Positions 1 through 8,199 are shown, numbered from the stretch's first letter. The stretch is 43,322 nucleotides of DNA from Candidatus Omnitrophota bacterium (GCA_043820815.1 JBDRDJ010000029.1:1-43322), one strand, 5' to 3'. Numbers and translations: made by a program. The notes: a model not told the origin generated them from the sequence alone.

Positions 1-19
1 AATTAACAGATCTTCTCAC
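1..19 (-). CDS. Possible 5' end of a divergent gene running off the window (MRRSVN...)
   Basis: Minus-strand AAGGAGG (33-27) lies 7 nt before a GTG at 19, and the frame is open to the window edge. Only 6 codons are visible, so the product is unknown. Confidence 0.35.
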
Positions 20-72
20 GGCATATCCTCCTTGTTAAAAAGGTTGTTATTTAGCGATTACACACCTTTTTG

Positions 73-101
73 AGGATATGCCTTTTTTATTTATCTGTCA
101 A
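73..101 (-). promoter_or_regulatory. Putative sigma70 promoter for the divergent gene
   Basis: Minus strand TTGACA (101-96), 17-nt spacer, TATCCT (78-73). Confidence 0.45.
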
Positions 102-162
102 TCAGCTCATTTAGAATTTGCGAATAATAGTTTACACTATCTTTAAAAAAATAATAAAATTG

Positions 163-190
163 TTGACACTAAGCTTTTATATGTTAAAAT
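163..190 (+). promoter_or_regulatory. Sigma70 promoter of rpmH-yidD-yidC
   Basis: TTGACA (163-168), 16 nt, TG-n-TAAAAT (extended -10, 182-190). Confidence 0.65.
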
Positions 191-199
191 TTTATACTT

Positions 200-337
200 A
201 TGAAAAAGAATATTAAGACACCGACTAAATTAAAGGGCAAAAAAAAGCACGGTTTTAGATCAAGAATGGAATCCGCTAACGGAAGAAAGGTACTCAGCCG
301 TAGAAGGAAGAAGGGCAGACATAAAATTTCGCTTTAA
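200..337 (+). CDS. rpmH: 50S ribosomal protein L34 (not in the ORF track)
   Basis: Manual translation [45 protein letters not shown] contains the HGFRxRM...GRKVLxRRRxKGR signature. Lies upstream of yidD/yidC. Confidence 0.97.
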   Translation: MKKNIKTPTKLKGKKKHGFRSRMESANGRKVLSRRRKKGRHKISL

Positions 338-375
338 TACATTCTTTTAAACCGCCCAGCATATTTCGTTTCTTA

Positions 376-582
376 ATGAAAAGATTAGCGATTTTACTGA
401 TTAAATTCTATCAGAATCGGCCATTATTACGGCCTCCTTGTTGTAAGTTTTACCCCTCGTGTTCCGAATATGCCTGTTCAGCAATTGCAAAACACTCTTT
501 TTTGAAAGCTATTTTTCTTGCATCCTTACGCATTTTAAAATGTAATCCATTTTCTAAAGGAGGCTTTGATCCTTTAACTTAG
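376..582 (+). CDS. yidD: Membrane protein insertion efficiency factor YidD
   Basis: CKFYPSCSEY...RILKCNPFSKGGFDP motif; synteny. Confidence 0.95.
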   Translation: MKRLAILLIKFYQNRPLLRPPCCKFYPSCSEYACSAIAKHSFLKAIFLASLRILKCNPFSKGGFDPLT

Positions 583-592
583 GAAATTATTT

Positions 593-2077
593 ATGCCTCG
601 AAACCTGAAAATAGTTTTATTAACCTTTGCGGCTCTTATGGTTTGGACTTTTTTTGTCCACAATCGCTTTCCTCAAAAAGCTCCTCTTTCTGAGCCAACA
701 AATCAAATTGCCGATAACCAGGGTTTATCCCAGACAACCGAACAGGAGCAACCGCTTAATAAAATTGCAACATTTGCCGAAGTAACCACGGAAACAAAAG
801 ACTTTGAAATTGGCGAATATTTTGTAAAGGTTTCTGAAATGGGCGGTTACATAAGCGAGATATCATTTATTAATGACCAGAATCCTCTAAATATTTCTTA
901 TATCGGTTTAGTTCCTGGTGAAGAACAAAAACCATTTACAGTGGCTAGGGACGGCGATTCACTAATTTTTGTATCTGGCGAAAACACTACAAAAAAATTC
1001 ATTTTCGAAAACTTTACAATCTCCTTACTCCTAAATTACACCCCTGAATCAATTATCTTTTTCCATAACTATCAGTCTAAGAATGGTTTAGACCAAAGAT
1101 ATCAAGAAATTTTTTATGGGCAAGGCCCTCAAATTATACGCAATCCGCACCAAAAACAGAAGCAATCCTTACTTTCAAACATCAATTTTATCGGCACCCG
1201 CGACAGATATTACTGTTTTTCACTTTTAAAAGGTAATTACACAGTTAATCTTTTAAAGGATGCTAAACGCGGCGTTTCGGCTTTGTTAAACTTTCCATCT
1301 TCTGAAGTCCAGTTTTTTGTTGGCCCCCAGAAAAGCGAAATTCTTAACGAATATGGACTGTCCGAAATTATTAATTTTGGCTTTTTTCACACAATTGCTC
1401 TCTTCCTCCTTAAAATTATTCTCTTTTTCCATTTTTTAACCAAAAATTTTGGTTTTAGTATTATTTTATTTACAATCTTTCTATACGCCGTATTTTTACC
1501 TCTTACCATTAAGAGTACTAAGGGTATGAAAGGAATGCAGGATTTCCAAGCTATTCATAAATCAGAAATTGAGAAGCTTCGCCAGAAATATAAAGATAAT
1601 CCTCAAAAAATTCATAAAGAAACCATGGATCTTTATAAGAAGCATGGGTTTAACCCTTTAAAAGGGTGTTCAAGCGGATGCTTGCCTATGTTTTTTCGGA
1701 TACCGGTAATTTGGGCTTTTTGGAGCATTGCTCCCCGTTTTTGGGGCTTCAAAGGAGCTAATTTCTTGTGGATCAATGATTTATCTAACCCCGATCATTT
1801 ATTTAAGTTACCCTTTACCCTTCCTGTTGTAGGCAATTGGATTAATATTCTTCCGATATTGACCACGGTACTTCTTTTTTTACAGATGAAAATGTCAAAT
1901 CCCAATGTCGATCCAGAACAAAAACAACAACAACAGATGATGGCTACAATTTTTCCAATTATGTTAGCTGTTTTTCTCTACAATTTGCCTGCCGCTCTTC
2001 TTTTATATTGGTTTACTGATTCAATTTTGACTTTCTTTACTCAAAGAAAGCTCATGAAAGTAAAATCTACAAATTAA
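593..2077 (+). CDS. yidC: Membrane protein insertase YidC
   Basis: N-terminal TM, periplasmic domain, NFGFSIILFT, NPLKGC..GCLP, FLWINDLSNPD, PAALLLYW. Confidence 0.95.
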   Translation: MPRNLKIVLLTFAALMVWTFFVHNRFPQKAPLSEPTNQIADNQGLSQTTEQEQPLNKIATFAEVTTETKDFEIGEYFVKVSEMGGYISEISFINDQNPLNISYIGLVPGEEQKPFTVARDGDSLIFVSGENTTKKFIFENFTISLLLNYTPESIIFFHNYQSKNGLDQRYQEIFYGQGPQIIRNPHQKQKQSLLSNINFIGTRDRYYCFSLLKGNYTVNLLKDAKRGVSALLNFPSSEVQFFVGPQKSEILNEYGLSEIINFGFFHTIALFLLKIILFFHFLTKNFGFSIILFTIFLYAVFLPLTIKSTKGMKGMQDFQAIHKSEIEKLRQKYKDNPQKIHKETMDLYKKHGFNPLKGCSSGCLPMFFRIPVIWAFWSIAPRFWGFKGANFLWINDLSNPDHLFKLPFTLPVVGNWINILPILTTVLLFLQMKMSNPNVDPEQKQQQQMMATIFPIMLAVFLYNLPAALLLYWFTDSILTFFTQRKLMKVKSTN

Positions 2078-2173
2078 TTTTTTCCCAATATCAATCTAAT
2101 CCCGTTCTTTGTCCCATAGTACATTATTTTTCTAAAAGCTTAAAAAGCATTGATAAACATAGGTGTTTCGCAC

Positions 2174-2191
2174 CGTTTTCACGTGAAAACG
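2174..2191. promoter_or_regulatory. parS-like centromere site 1
   Basis: Perfect palindrome CGTTTTCACGTGAAAACG. Shares the TTTCACGTGAAA core of canonical parS and lies upstream of parAB. Confidence 0.85.
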
Positions 2192-2329
2192 CGAGTGGTT
2201 TGTCCAATTATTTTTAGATTAAGTTGATTAAAAACCACTTTTATGGATTCCGCCACTTGCAACTGCATGGAGGGAATCTGTGTCAATTTAGGGACCACGC
2301 GCATGCGCGGGACTCCACCAAAATTTAGC

Positions 2330-2370
2330 TTGACAAATATATTTGAATTCGTGTAAAATATTGATATAAT
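2330..2370 (+). promoter_or_regulatory. Putative parAB promoter(s)
   Basis: TTGACA (2330-2335), 18 nt, TAAAAT (2354-2359); also TTGAAT (2343-2348), 16 nt, TG-a-TATAAT (2362-2370). Confidence 0.55.
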
Positions 2371-2384
2371 ATAAAGTTAGAAAC

Positions 2385-2402
2385 CGTTTTCACGTGAAAA
2401 CG
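2385..2402. promoter_or_regulatory. parS-like centromere site 2
   Basis: Identical palindrome. The 22-bp ACCGTTTTCACGTGAAAACGCG is repeated at 2172-2193 and 2383-2404. Confidence 0.85.
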
Positions 2403-2421
2403 CGTAACCAACACTAATCAC

Positions 2422-3216
2422 ATGGGCAAGATTATTGGGGTTTGTAATCAAAAGGGCGGTACAGGAAAAACAACCACAGCTATAAATCTAAGCTCATTTC
2501 TAGGGCTTGCATCCAAAAAAACCCTTTTGGTAGACATGGACCCTCAGTGTAATGCAACCAGCGGTTTAGGTTTTGACCCGGAAAATAAGTATTCAATATA
2601 CGACGTATTGTCACAGAGCACCCCTATTCAAAAAGCAATTTATCCAACAAAATGGCCACAGCTTTTTATTATACCTTCAAATATATCACTAACCGGCGGG
2701 GAGATAGAACTCGTTCAAATCGAGGATAGAGAATACCAGCTAAAACTGCAGTTAGGTAAGATTTCTAATGAATTTACTTACATAATTATCGATGCACCGC
2801 CGTCTTTGGGTTTATTAACCGTCAATGTTTTAGTGGCTTCCGACAGCCTTATGATACCAATTCAATGCGAGTATTATGCTTTAGAGGGCGTTTCAAAACT
2901 CGTAAATACTGTTGATATAATACGGGACAGATTTAATCCGGCTTTAGACATAGAAGGGGTTTTGTTAACCATGGCCGATTTTAGAACCCGTCTTTCTCTC
3001 CAAGTGATAGAGGAAGTAAGGAGCTATTTTAAAGAAAAAACTTTTAATTCAATTATACCTAGAAACATTAAGCTTGCCGAAGCTCCAAGCTTTGGTAAAC
3101 CGATTTATTTTTACGATAGGTTCTGCGTTGGGGCAGGTGCATACAAAAATTTGACACAAGAATTATTAAAAGAAAATTTCTCAATATCGGAAGCTTTGAC
3201 TGAGATTAAACTGTAA
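2422..3216 (+). CDS. parA: Chromosome partitioning ATPase ParA/Soj
   Basis: Deviant Walker A NQKGGTGKTT, DMDPQCNATSGLG, IPIQCEYYALEG, LAEAPSFGKP. Confidence 0.96.
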   Translation: MGKIIGVCNQKGGTGKTTTAINLSSFLGLASKKTLLVDMDPQCNATSGLGFDPENKYSIYDVLSQSTPIQKAIYPTKWPQLFIIPSNISLTGGEIELVQIEDREYQLKLQLGKISNEFTYIIIDAPPSLGLLTVNVLVASDSLMIPIQCEYYALEGVSKLVNTVDIIRDRFNPALDIEGVLLTMADFRTRLSLQVIEEVRSYFKEKTFNSIIPRNIKLAEAPSFGKPIYFYDRFCVGAGAYKNLTQELLKENFSISEALTEIKL

Positions 3217-3306
3217 TTTCCGCAATTCTTTTCATAACTCTTAGTTGCCCTTATTGTTACAGACGAAAAATGCAGAAGCATTTTCGTGTTAAGGAGGTAA
3301 ATTTTA

Positions 3307-4140
3307 ATGGAAAGAAAAGTTTTAGGAAAAGGGTTAGAAGCCTTAATGCCAAAAAAATCTTCAGCATTAAGCCCTCGTGAGTTTATTTATATTAAAATTG
3401 ATAATTTGAAGCCGTCACCTTATCAACCCCGTAAAACAATAGATGTTTCTGAACTAAACGATTTGAAAAAATCAATCAAGGAAAAAGGGCTTATCCAACC
3501 AATCGTAGTTAGAAAAACTAAAGAGGGGTTTTATGAAATAGTAGCAGGGGAGAGGAGGTATCAAGCGGCTAAGTCATTGGGTATCAATGAGTTACCATCA
3601 ATGGTAAAGGATCTTTCCGACAAGGAAACCTTAATAATATCTGTTGTTGAGAATCTTCAAAGAAAAGATTTAAATCCATTAGAAGAAGCCAATGCTTTCA
3701 AGAGATTAATGGATGATTTTGAATTTAGCTTAGATGAAGTTGCAAATGTTATCGGTAAAGACAAAACGACAATCTCTAACACTATAAGACTCTTAAAGTT
3801 ACCAACTAAGATACAGGAAGCATTGGAAAAAGGGATAATTAACCGCAGCCAGGCAAGGACTATTCTTACCGCAGAAAGCCAGAATGACCAATTTATAATT
3901 TTCCAGCAAATTATAAAAGAAGGACTTTCAGTCCGTGAAATTGAAAAAAGAGTAAACCCTAAACCAAAACGAAAAAGCAAAAAAGACCCTTATGTTTTAG
4001 AGATCGAGGATACCCTTCAAAAAGCCTTAGGGACAAAAGTTAAAATTTTAAATCTAAATAATAATAAAGGTAAAATTATTATTGAGTATTATTCGTTGAA
4101 TGACTTAGATAGGATAATAGGAAGGTTTGTTGAAGGATAG
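3307..4140 (+). CDS. parB: Chromosome partitioning protein ParB/Spo0J
   Basis: LGKGLEAL, PYQPRK, VAGERRYQA, ENLQRKDLNPLEEA; AAGGAGG RBS. Confidence 0.96.
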   Translation: MERKVLGKGLEALMPKKSSALSPREFIYIKIDNLKPSPYQPRKTIDVSELNDLKKSIKEKGLIQPIVVRKTKEGFYEIVAGERRYQAAKSLGINELPSMVKDLSDKETLIISVVENLQRKDLNPLEEANAFKRLMDDFEFSLDEVANVIGKDKTTISNTIRLLKLPTKIQEALEKGIINRSQARTILTAESQNDQFIIFQQIIKEGLSVREIEKRVNPKPKRKSKKDPYVLEIEDTLQKALGTKVKILNLNNNKGKIIIEYYSLNDLDRIIGRFVEG

Positions 4141-4162
4141 GTTTCAAAAGGAGGCTATGCTT

Positions 4163-4669
4163 ATGGAGAATCAGGCAACACTTGTTATAATTAAGCCCGA
4201 CGGCCTAATAAAGTCTCTAACCGGTAATGCGCTGACCCGCCTCTCAGAAACGAAGCTAAAAATTATTGGAGCAAAAATTGTTAGTGTAGACAACGAACTC
4301 GCACACAAACATTACCACCATTTAAGAAATGAGCCCTTTTTTCCCGAATTGATTAAATACTTAACCGGTAAATTACATCATGAAAACAGAGTAATGTCTT
4401 TGGTCTACTGGGGCCTTGATGCTATCACAAAAGTCCGTATAATATCAGGGGCCACCAACCCCGAAAAAGCAGATCCCGTAAGTATACGAGGTGCCTACGG
4501 CAGGATCCTTACCACCGGCCTTTATGAAAATGTTGTTCATGCCTCAAGCAGCCCAGAGGAAGCACAGCGGGAAATCAAATTATGGTTTCAGCCGGATGAA
4601 ATCGTTTATGATTTATATGAAACAGAGATCAAAATCGAAACTAATTTTAAAAGGAGAGTCTGGAAATGA
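4163..4669 (+). CDS. ndk: Nucleoside diphosphate kinase
   Basis: TLVIIKPDG, GATNPEKA, SIRG, NVVHASSS. Start moved to ATG 4163, 8 nt after AAGGAGG. Confidence 0.93.
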   Translation: MENQATLVIIKPDGLIKSLTGNALTRLSETKLKIIGAKIVSVDNELAHKHYHHLRNEPFFPELIKYLTGKLHHENRVMSLVYWGLDAITKVRIISGATNPEKADPVSIRGAYGRILTTGLYENVVHASSSPEEAQREIKLWFQPDEIVYDLYETEIKIETNFKRRVWK

Positions 4670-5448
4670 AGTCAATGACAGCTTACGCCTACGTTACAAA
4701 AAAAAGCAATTCACAGCTTCTTAATTTAATTTTAAGGTCAACTAATTTCAAGTATCTCGATATATCAATCCACAATTTACCGACCGAACATATTTTTTTA
4801 GAGGAGAAAATTAAAAAGCAAATTAAAAAGTTAATTAACAGGGGCAAAATCGAAGTTTTTATTTTTTTTCGAAAGCAAAACGCACGTACAGTGAAAATTG
4901 ACGAAAATTCTTTAGGCAATTATATCCGCCAAACCCGTAAGCTGGCAAAAAAATTTAATTTAACTTATAATTTAGATATCGGACAATTTTTAAGTTTACC
5001 GAATGTCGTGCAATACGAGGAAAAACATACCGGCGAAACCGATATAATTCTCTCCGCCGTTAAGGAAGGCCTCCAATCTCTTTTACGTTTTAAAAAAAAT
5101 GAAGGCAAAGCAATCGCCCGCGAAATGTTAAAAAATCTCAAATCATTAAAAAAGAACGGCGAACATATAATGAATAAAAGCCCCCATGCCAATAACTCAG
5201 AAAACAACAAAGAAGCCATAGAGGAGGAGACCGCTTTAATTTCTTTTTACTCAATTATGTTAGAAAAAAAAATCCATTCTAACGATAGTGAACCAAAAGG
5301 TAAATCAATTGATTTTCTAACTCAGGAACTTTTGCGGGAACTTAATGCGGCGTCGAGCAAGACCAAAGATAAAACCTTAGCAACACTTATTGTTGAGTCA
5401 AAGAATTATTTGGAGCGCATAAGAGAGCAGGCGCAGAATGTAGAATGA
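4666..5448 (+). CDS. yicC: YicC/YloC family endoribonuclease (shortened middle region)
   Basis: MKSMTAYA N-terminus, RGKIEV, GKSIDFLTQE..RE, REQAQNVE C-terminus; upstream of gmk. Confidence 0.88.
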   Translation: MKSMTAYAYVTKKSNSQLLNLILRSTNFKYLDISIHNLPTEHIFLEEKIKKQIKKLINRGKIEVFIFFRKQNARTVKIDENSLGNYIRQTRKLAKKFNLTYNLDIGQFLSLPNVVQYEEKHTGETDIILSAVKEGLQSLLRFKKNEGKAIAREMLKNLKSLKKNGEHIMNKSPHANNSENNKEAIEEETALISFYSIMLEKKIHSNDSEPKGKSIDFLTQELLRELNAASSKTKDKTLATLIVESKNYLERIREQAQNVE

Positions 5449-6122
5449 GTATCAGTAACCATAAACCAGGCCTTCTACAAAGCTCGGGAATGGACATGAG
5501 TAAAATCGAAGGGCCGGTAACCAGAAACCTGAAAAAAAACAGAAATAAACACGGCATAAAGGTGTTTATTGTTTCCGGCCCGGGAGGAGCAGGCAAGACA
5601 ACGATTATTAAAACTCTTTTTAAGAAGAAGCGCATCAGGGATAGATTTTTAAAGGCCATATCCTATACAACAAGGGATAAGCGTTTGGGAGAGAGGAACG
5701 CTATAGACTATTTCTTTGTAGATAAGAAAAAATTTGATGATCTAAAAAAACAAAATTTCTTTCTCGAAAGCGAAAAAGTAGTTAATAATTATTACGGCAC
5801 GCCTAAGTTTTTTTACAATCGCGCAAAGAAAGAGAAAAAAAATCTAATATTGTGCATCGATGTAAAAGGAGGAGCTTACCTTAAAAAGACTTTAAACCCG
5901 CAAGAGATAAGTACTGTTTTTATTTCGGCTCCCAGCCAAAAAGAGCTTATTGGGCGCTTGACAAAAAGGGTCGAGAAAAATGCCACAATAAAAACAAGAA
6001 TCGAACTGGCAAAAAAAGAGTTGAAATTTTCAAAAAAATATGATTATGTATTAGTTAACCACAGCCTGAAAAGTGCTGCTGAAAAACTTGCATCTATTCT
6101 TTTTCAAGAAAGCTTCCTTTAA
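5445..6122 (+). CDS. gmk: Guanylate kinase (start uncertain)
   Basis: VSGPGGAGKTT, SYTTR..R.GE...DYFFV, NYYGTP. ATGA overlap with the yicC stop. Confidence 0.93.
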   Translation: MSISNHKPGLLQSSGMDMSKIEGPVTRNLKKNRNKHGIKVFIVSGPGGAGKTTIIKTLFKKKRIRDRFLKAISYTTRDKRLGERNAIDYFFVDKKKFDDLKKQNFFLESEKVVNNYYGTPKFFYNRAKKEKKNLILCIDVKGGAYLKKTLNPQEISTVFISAPSQKELIGRLTKRVEKNATIKTRIELAKKELKFSKKYDYVLVNHSLKSAAEKLASILFQESFL

Positions 6123-6142
6123 TGAAGCAGAGGGGGATTTAA

Positions 6143-6352
6143 ATGGGGTCAAATCAAATTCCGGTAGAAAAACTTCTTTATGCAAGCGGCGACTCAATTT
6201 ATAGGTTAACAATTCTTGCTGCAAAAAGAGCCTTACAGCTTTCAGACGGGGATAATCCCTTAGTTGAAAATCCCGGCAAAGCTTTAAACGCCGCATTGAA
6301 TGAAATTCTGGAAGGAAAAATAAGAGCAAAATCCCCTGAGAAAAAAACTTGA
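6143..6352 (+). CDS. rpoZ: RNA polymerase omega subunit
   Basis: SIYRLTILAAKRALQL...ALNEILEGKI; follows gmk. Confidence 0.92.
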   Translation: MGSNQIPVEKLLYASGDSIYRLTILAAKRALQLSDGDNPLVENPGKALNAALNEILEGKIRAKSPEKKT

Positions 6353-6436
6353 ATTTTCCAATGCCTGGCTATACGGTAATGGAAGTATTTGTAATCCTGA
6401 GTTTGTCACCATAAACAATGCAAGCTGCATTTTTAT

Positions 6437-6508
6437 GGCGCGGTAGCCAAGTGGTAAGGCAGCGGTCTGCAAAATCGCTATGCGCCGGTTCAAGTCCGGC
6501 CCGCGCCT
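6437..6508 (+). tRNA. tRNA-Cys (GCA)
   Basis: Acceptor GGCGCGG/CCGCGCC, anticodon loop CTGCAAA, GGTTCAA T-loop. CCA not encoded. Confidence 0.95.
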
Positions 6509-6513
6509 CTACT

Positions 6514-6541
6514 TGCAAATGGCAAATAGCCATTCGCCATT
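6514..6541. repeat. Heptamer array (TGCAAAT GGCAAAT AGCCATT CGCCATT)
   Basis: Four 7-nt units filling the tRNA-Cys/tRNA-Leu spacer. Confidence 0.55.
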
Positions 6542-6543
6542 AA

Positions 6544-6629
6544 GCCGGGGTGTTGGAATTGGCAGACAACACAGACTTAAAATCTGTTGTTCCGTAAGGA
6601 GCGTGCGGGTTCGAGTCCCGCCCCCGGCA
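6544..6629 (+). tRNA. tRNA-Leu (TAA)
   Basis: GCCGGGG/CCCCGGC acceptor, ACAGA-CTTAAAA-TCTGT anticodon arm, long variable arm, GGTTCGA. Confidence 0.95.
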
Positions 6630-6784
6630 TCAATTAGCCAGTTATTTTCCGAGGAAAAACCTGAAAAAATAACCGGCTAATTGATCTCGAGCGAAGCGAG
6701 AGATCTTATAAAGGCATCTCGCTGATGTCAGCTCGATGCCGATGAAAAATAAGGAATAACCCTTAATAATTGCTTTTTCATCGG
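6629..6784. repeat. Four consecutive hairpins between tRNA-Leu and tRNA-Val
   Basis: Inverted repeats at 6629-6685, 6683-6705 (GATCTC-GAGCGAAGCGA-GAGATC), 6713-6740 and 6739-6784. Confidence 0.7.
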
Positions 6785-6856
6785 GCGGTTAGCTCAGTTG
6801 GTTAGAGCGCAACGTTGACATCGTTGAGGCCACAGGTTCGACCCCTGTACCGCCCA
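6783..6856 (+). tRNA. tRNA-Val (GAC)
   Basis: GGGCGGT/ACCGCCC acceptor, CAACG-TTGACAT-CGTTG anticodon arm, GGTTCGA. Confidence 0.95.
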
Positions 6857-6977
6857 TTTTTACGAAGCTAAGCCTCGAATTTTTCCTGAAAATCATCTTT
6901 TTTATTGCATTTTCCTCTGAAAAATGTTATTCTTTACTCAGGGGTTCCAGAAAAAACACCAATGTATATTAATTGTT

Positions 6978-7313
6978 ATGGCAAAATATCAAGAAAATAT
7001 AAAATGTGTAGCGGCTGCTTTTATAATCACTATAATTTTTTTTAATATGGCAGATAAAACTTTTGCTAATTCAAATGAATCCGAAAAAATTCCAAAGGAT
7101 GTAGTAGAGTTTCAAGAGCGTCGAGATTTATGCGACCATTTTCGGGGTGAACCACCATATGATGAAAAAAGGCGTAAATTTCTTATAATAAAAATGAAAG
7201 AAACTTGCACCGGAGCCGATACTGAGTTAAAAGCCTTAAAGAAAAAGTATAAAAATGATGCCGAAGTTATGAAAATTCTGAGAACATATGAAGAAAACAT
7301 TGAAACCGAATAA
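6978..7313 (+). CDS. Hypothetical exported helical protein with two Cys (CDHFRGE..YD...CTG)
   Basis: Signal-peptide-like N-terminus from ATG 6978; charged helical body. Confidence 0.65.
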   Translation: MAKYQENIKCVAAAFIITIIFFNMADKTFANSNESEKIPKDVVEFQERRDLCDHFRGEPPYDEKRRKFLIIKMKETCTGADTELKALKKKYKNDAEVMKILRTYEENIETE

Positions 7314-7434
7314 CATAATGTTAGCCATAATCCCTATAAAGCCCCGTTGTCAAGAGAAAATAGCACTCCTTAAACAACCTCTTTTTCTAAATTTACCTTG
7401 ACATTTCCCGGTAAATAAGTTATATATTAATGAA

Positions 7435-7466
7435 CCTTTAAGCTGGTCCAGTGAGGCCAATAAGGA
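7435..7466 (+). promoter_or_regulatory. PyrR binding loop (attenuator leader)
   Basis: CCTTTAA...GGTCCAGTGAGGCC...AAGGA matches the PyrR consensus (CUUUAA, RUCCNGNGAGGY). TTGACA at 7398-7403 upstream. Confidence 0.88.
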
Positions 7467-7489
7467 ATAAAAATGAAGAAAAGAATAAT

Positions 7490-7529
7490 AAAATCCCGTT
7501 TTCATCAGATAATGGAAACGGGATTTTTT
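7490..7529 (+). terminator. Attenuator terminator upstream of pyrR
   Basis: AAAATCCCGTTTTCAT-loop-ATGGAAACGGGATTTTTT hairpin plus U-tract. Confidence 0.85.
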
Positions 7530-7542
7530 CATGGGCTGTTGT

Positions 7543-8112
7543 ATGGTAAATAATTCAAAAATACTTTCCTGTGATGATATACGCAGGGTGCTATACCGCC
7601 TCACTCACCAGTTGATTGAGAAAAATACAAATCCCCAAGAGCTTGCCCTTATAGGTATTCAGACAAGAGGCGCTTACCTGGCAAGGCGAATCCAGGGGCT
7701 GATAAAGGAGATAGAGGGCACCGAGATACCTTTAGGCGTGATAGACATTACGCTTTACAGAGATGATTTGACTGCTATCGGGCCAAAACCTCTGGTAAAA
7801 CAGACTGATATCGGTTTTGATTTAAGCGGTAAAGTTATTGTTCTGGTTGACGATGTTCTATATACCGGCCGAACAGTAAGGGCGGCCTTAGATGAAATTA
7901 TGGATTTCGGGCGGCCAAAAAGAGTCGAGCTTCTGGTGCTGATTGACCGGGGATTTAGAGAGCTGCCAATAAGGGCTGACTTCGTAGGTAAAAACATACC
8001 GACTTCTCAGGATGATTCGGTTGAAGTCCGCTTGAAAGAAGTTGATAGTGAGGATTGCGTTATAATCAGGCCTCAGGCTCAAGGCTCAAGGCCGCAGGCG
8101 GGATATCCATAG
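7543..8112 (+). CDS. pyrR: Pyrimidine operon regulator / uracil PRTase PyrR (alternative start 7531)
   Basis: [47 protein letters not shown]. Confidence 0.96.
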   Translation: MVNNSKILSCDDIRRVLYRLTHQLIEKNTNPQELALIGIQTRGAYLARRIQGLIKEIEGTEIPLGVIDITLYRDDLTAIGPKPLVKQTDIGFDLSGKVIVLVDDVLYTGRTVRAALDEIMDFGRPKRVELLVLIDRGFRELPIRADFVGKNIPTSQDDSVEVRLKEVDSEDCVIIRPQAQGSRPQAGYP

Positions 8113-8197
8113 TCCACGGCCCATAGTTTTGGAATGCGTATCTAGGGGCAGAGGCCAGACTTATTCGGTTTTCGGTATTCGCTTCTCGGTATTCGTG
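8068..8197. repeat. Three different heptamer arrays at the pyrR-pyrB junction
   Basis: AGGCTCA-type x5 (8068-8102), TCCATAG-type x3 (8106-8126), ATTCGGT-type x5 (8163-8197). Confidence 0.7.
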
Positions 8198-8199
8198 TT

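Noticed and set aside
16-24. Minus-strand ATG at 24 after AAGGAGG
   Set aside because: Reads ATG CCG TGA and is too close to the SD; GTG at 19 is the better start.
2298-2309. Palindrome CGCGCATGCGCG
   Set aside because: Single short copy with no supporting context.
1-2421. oriC / DnaA-box cluster near rpmH or parAB
   Set aside because: No TTATCCACA-type boxes found by eye; origin proximity is inferred only from gene content and strand bias.
6284-6680. ORFs 6284-6493 (-) and 6480-6680 (+)
   Set aside because: They overlap tRNA-Cys and tRNA-Leu; spurious.
7350-7604. Minus-strand 84-aa ORF
   Set aside because: Overlaps the PyrR leader and the pyrR start; no recognisable motif.
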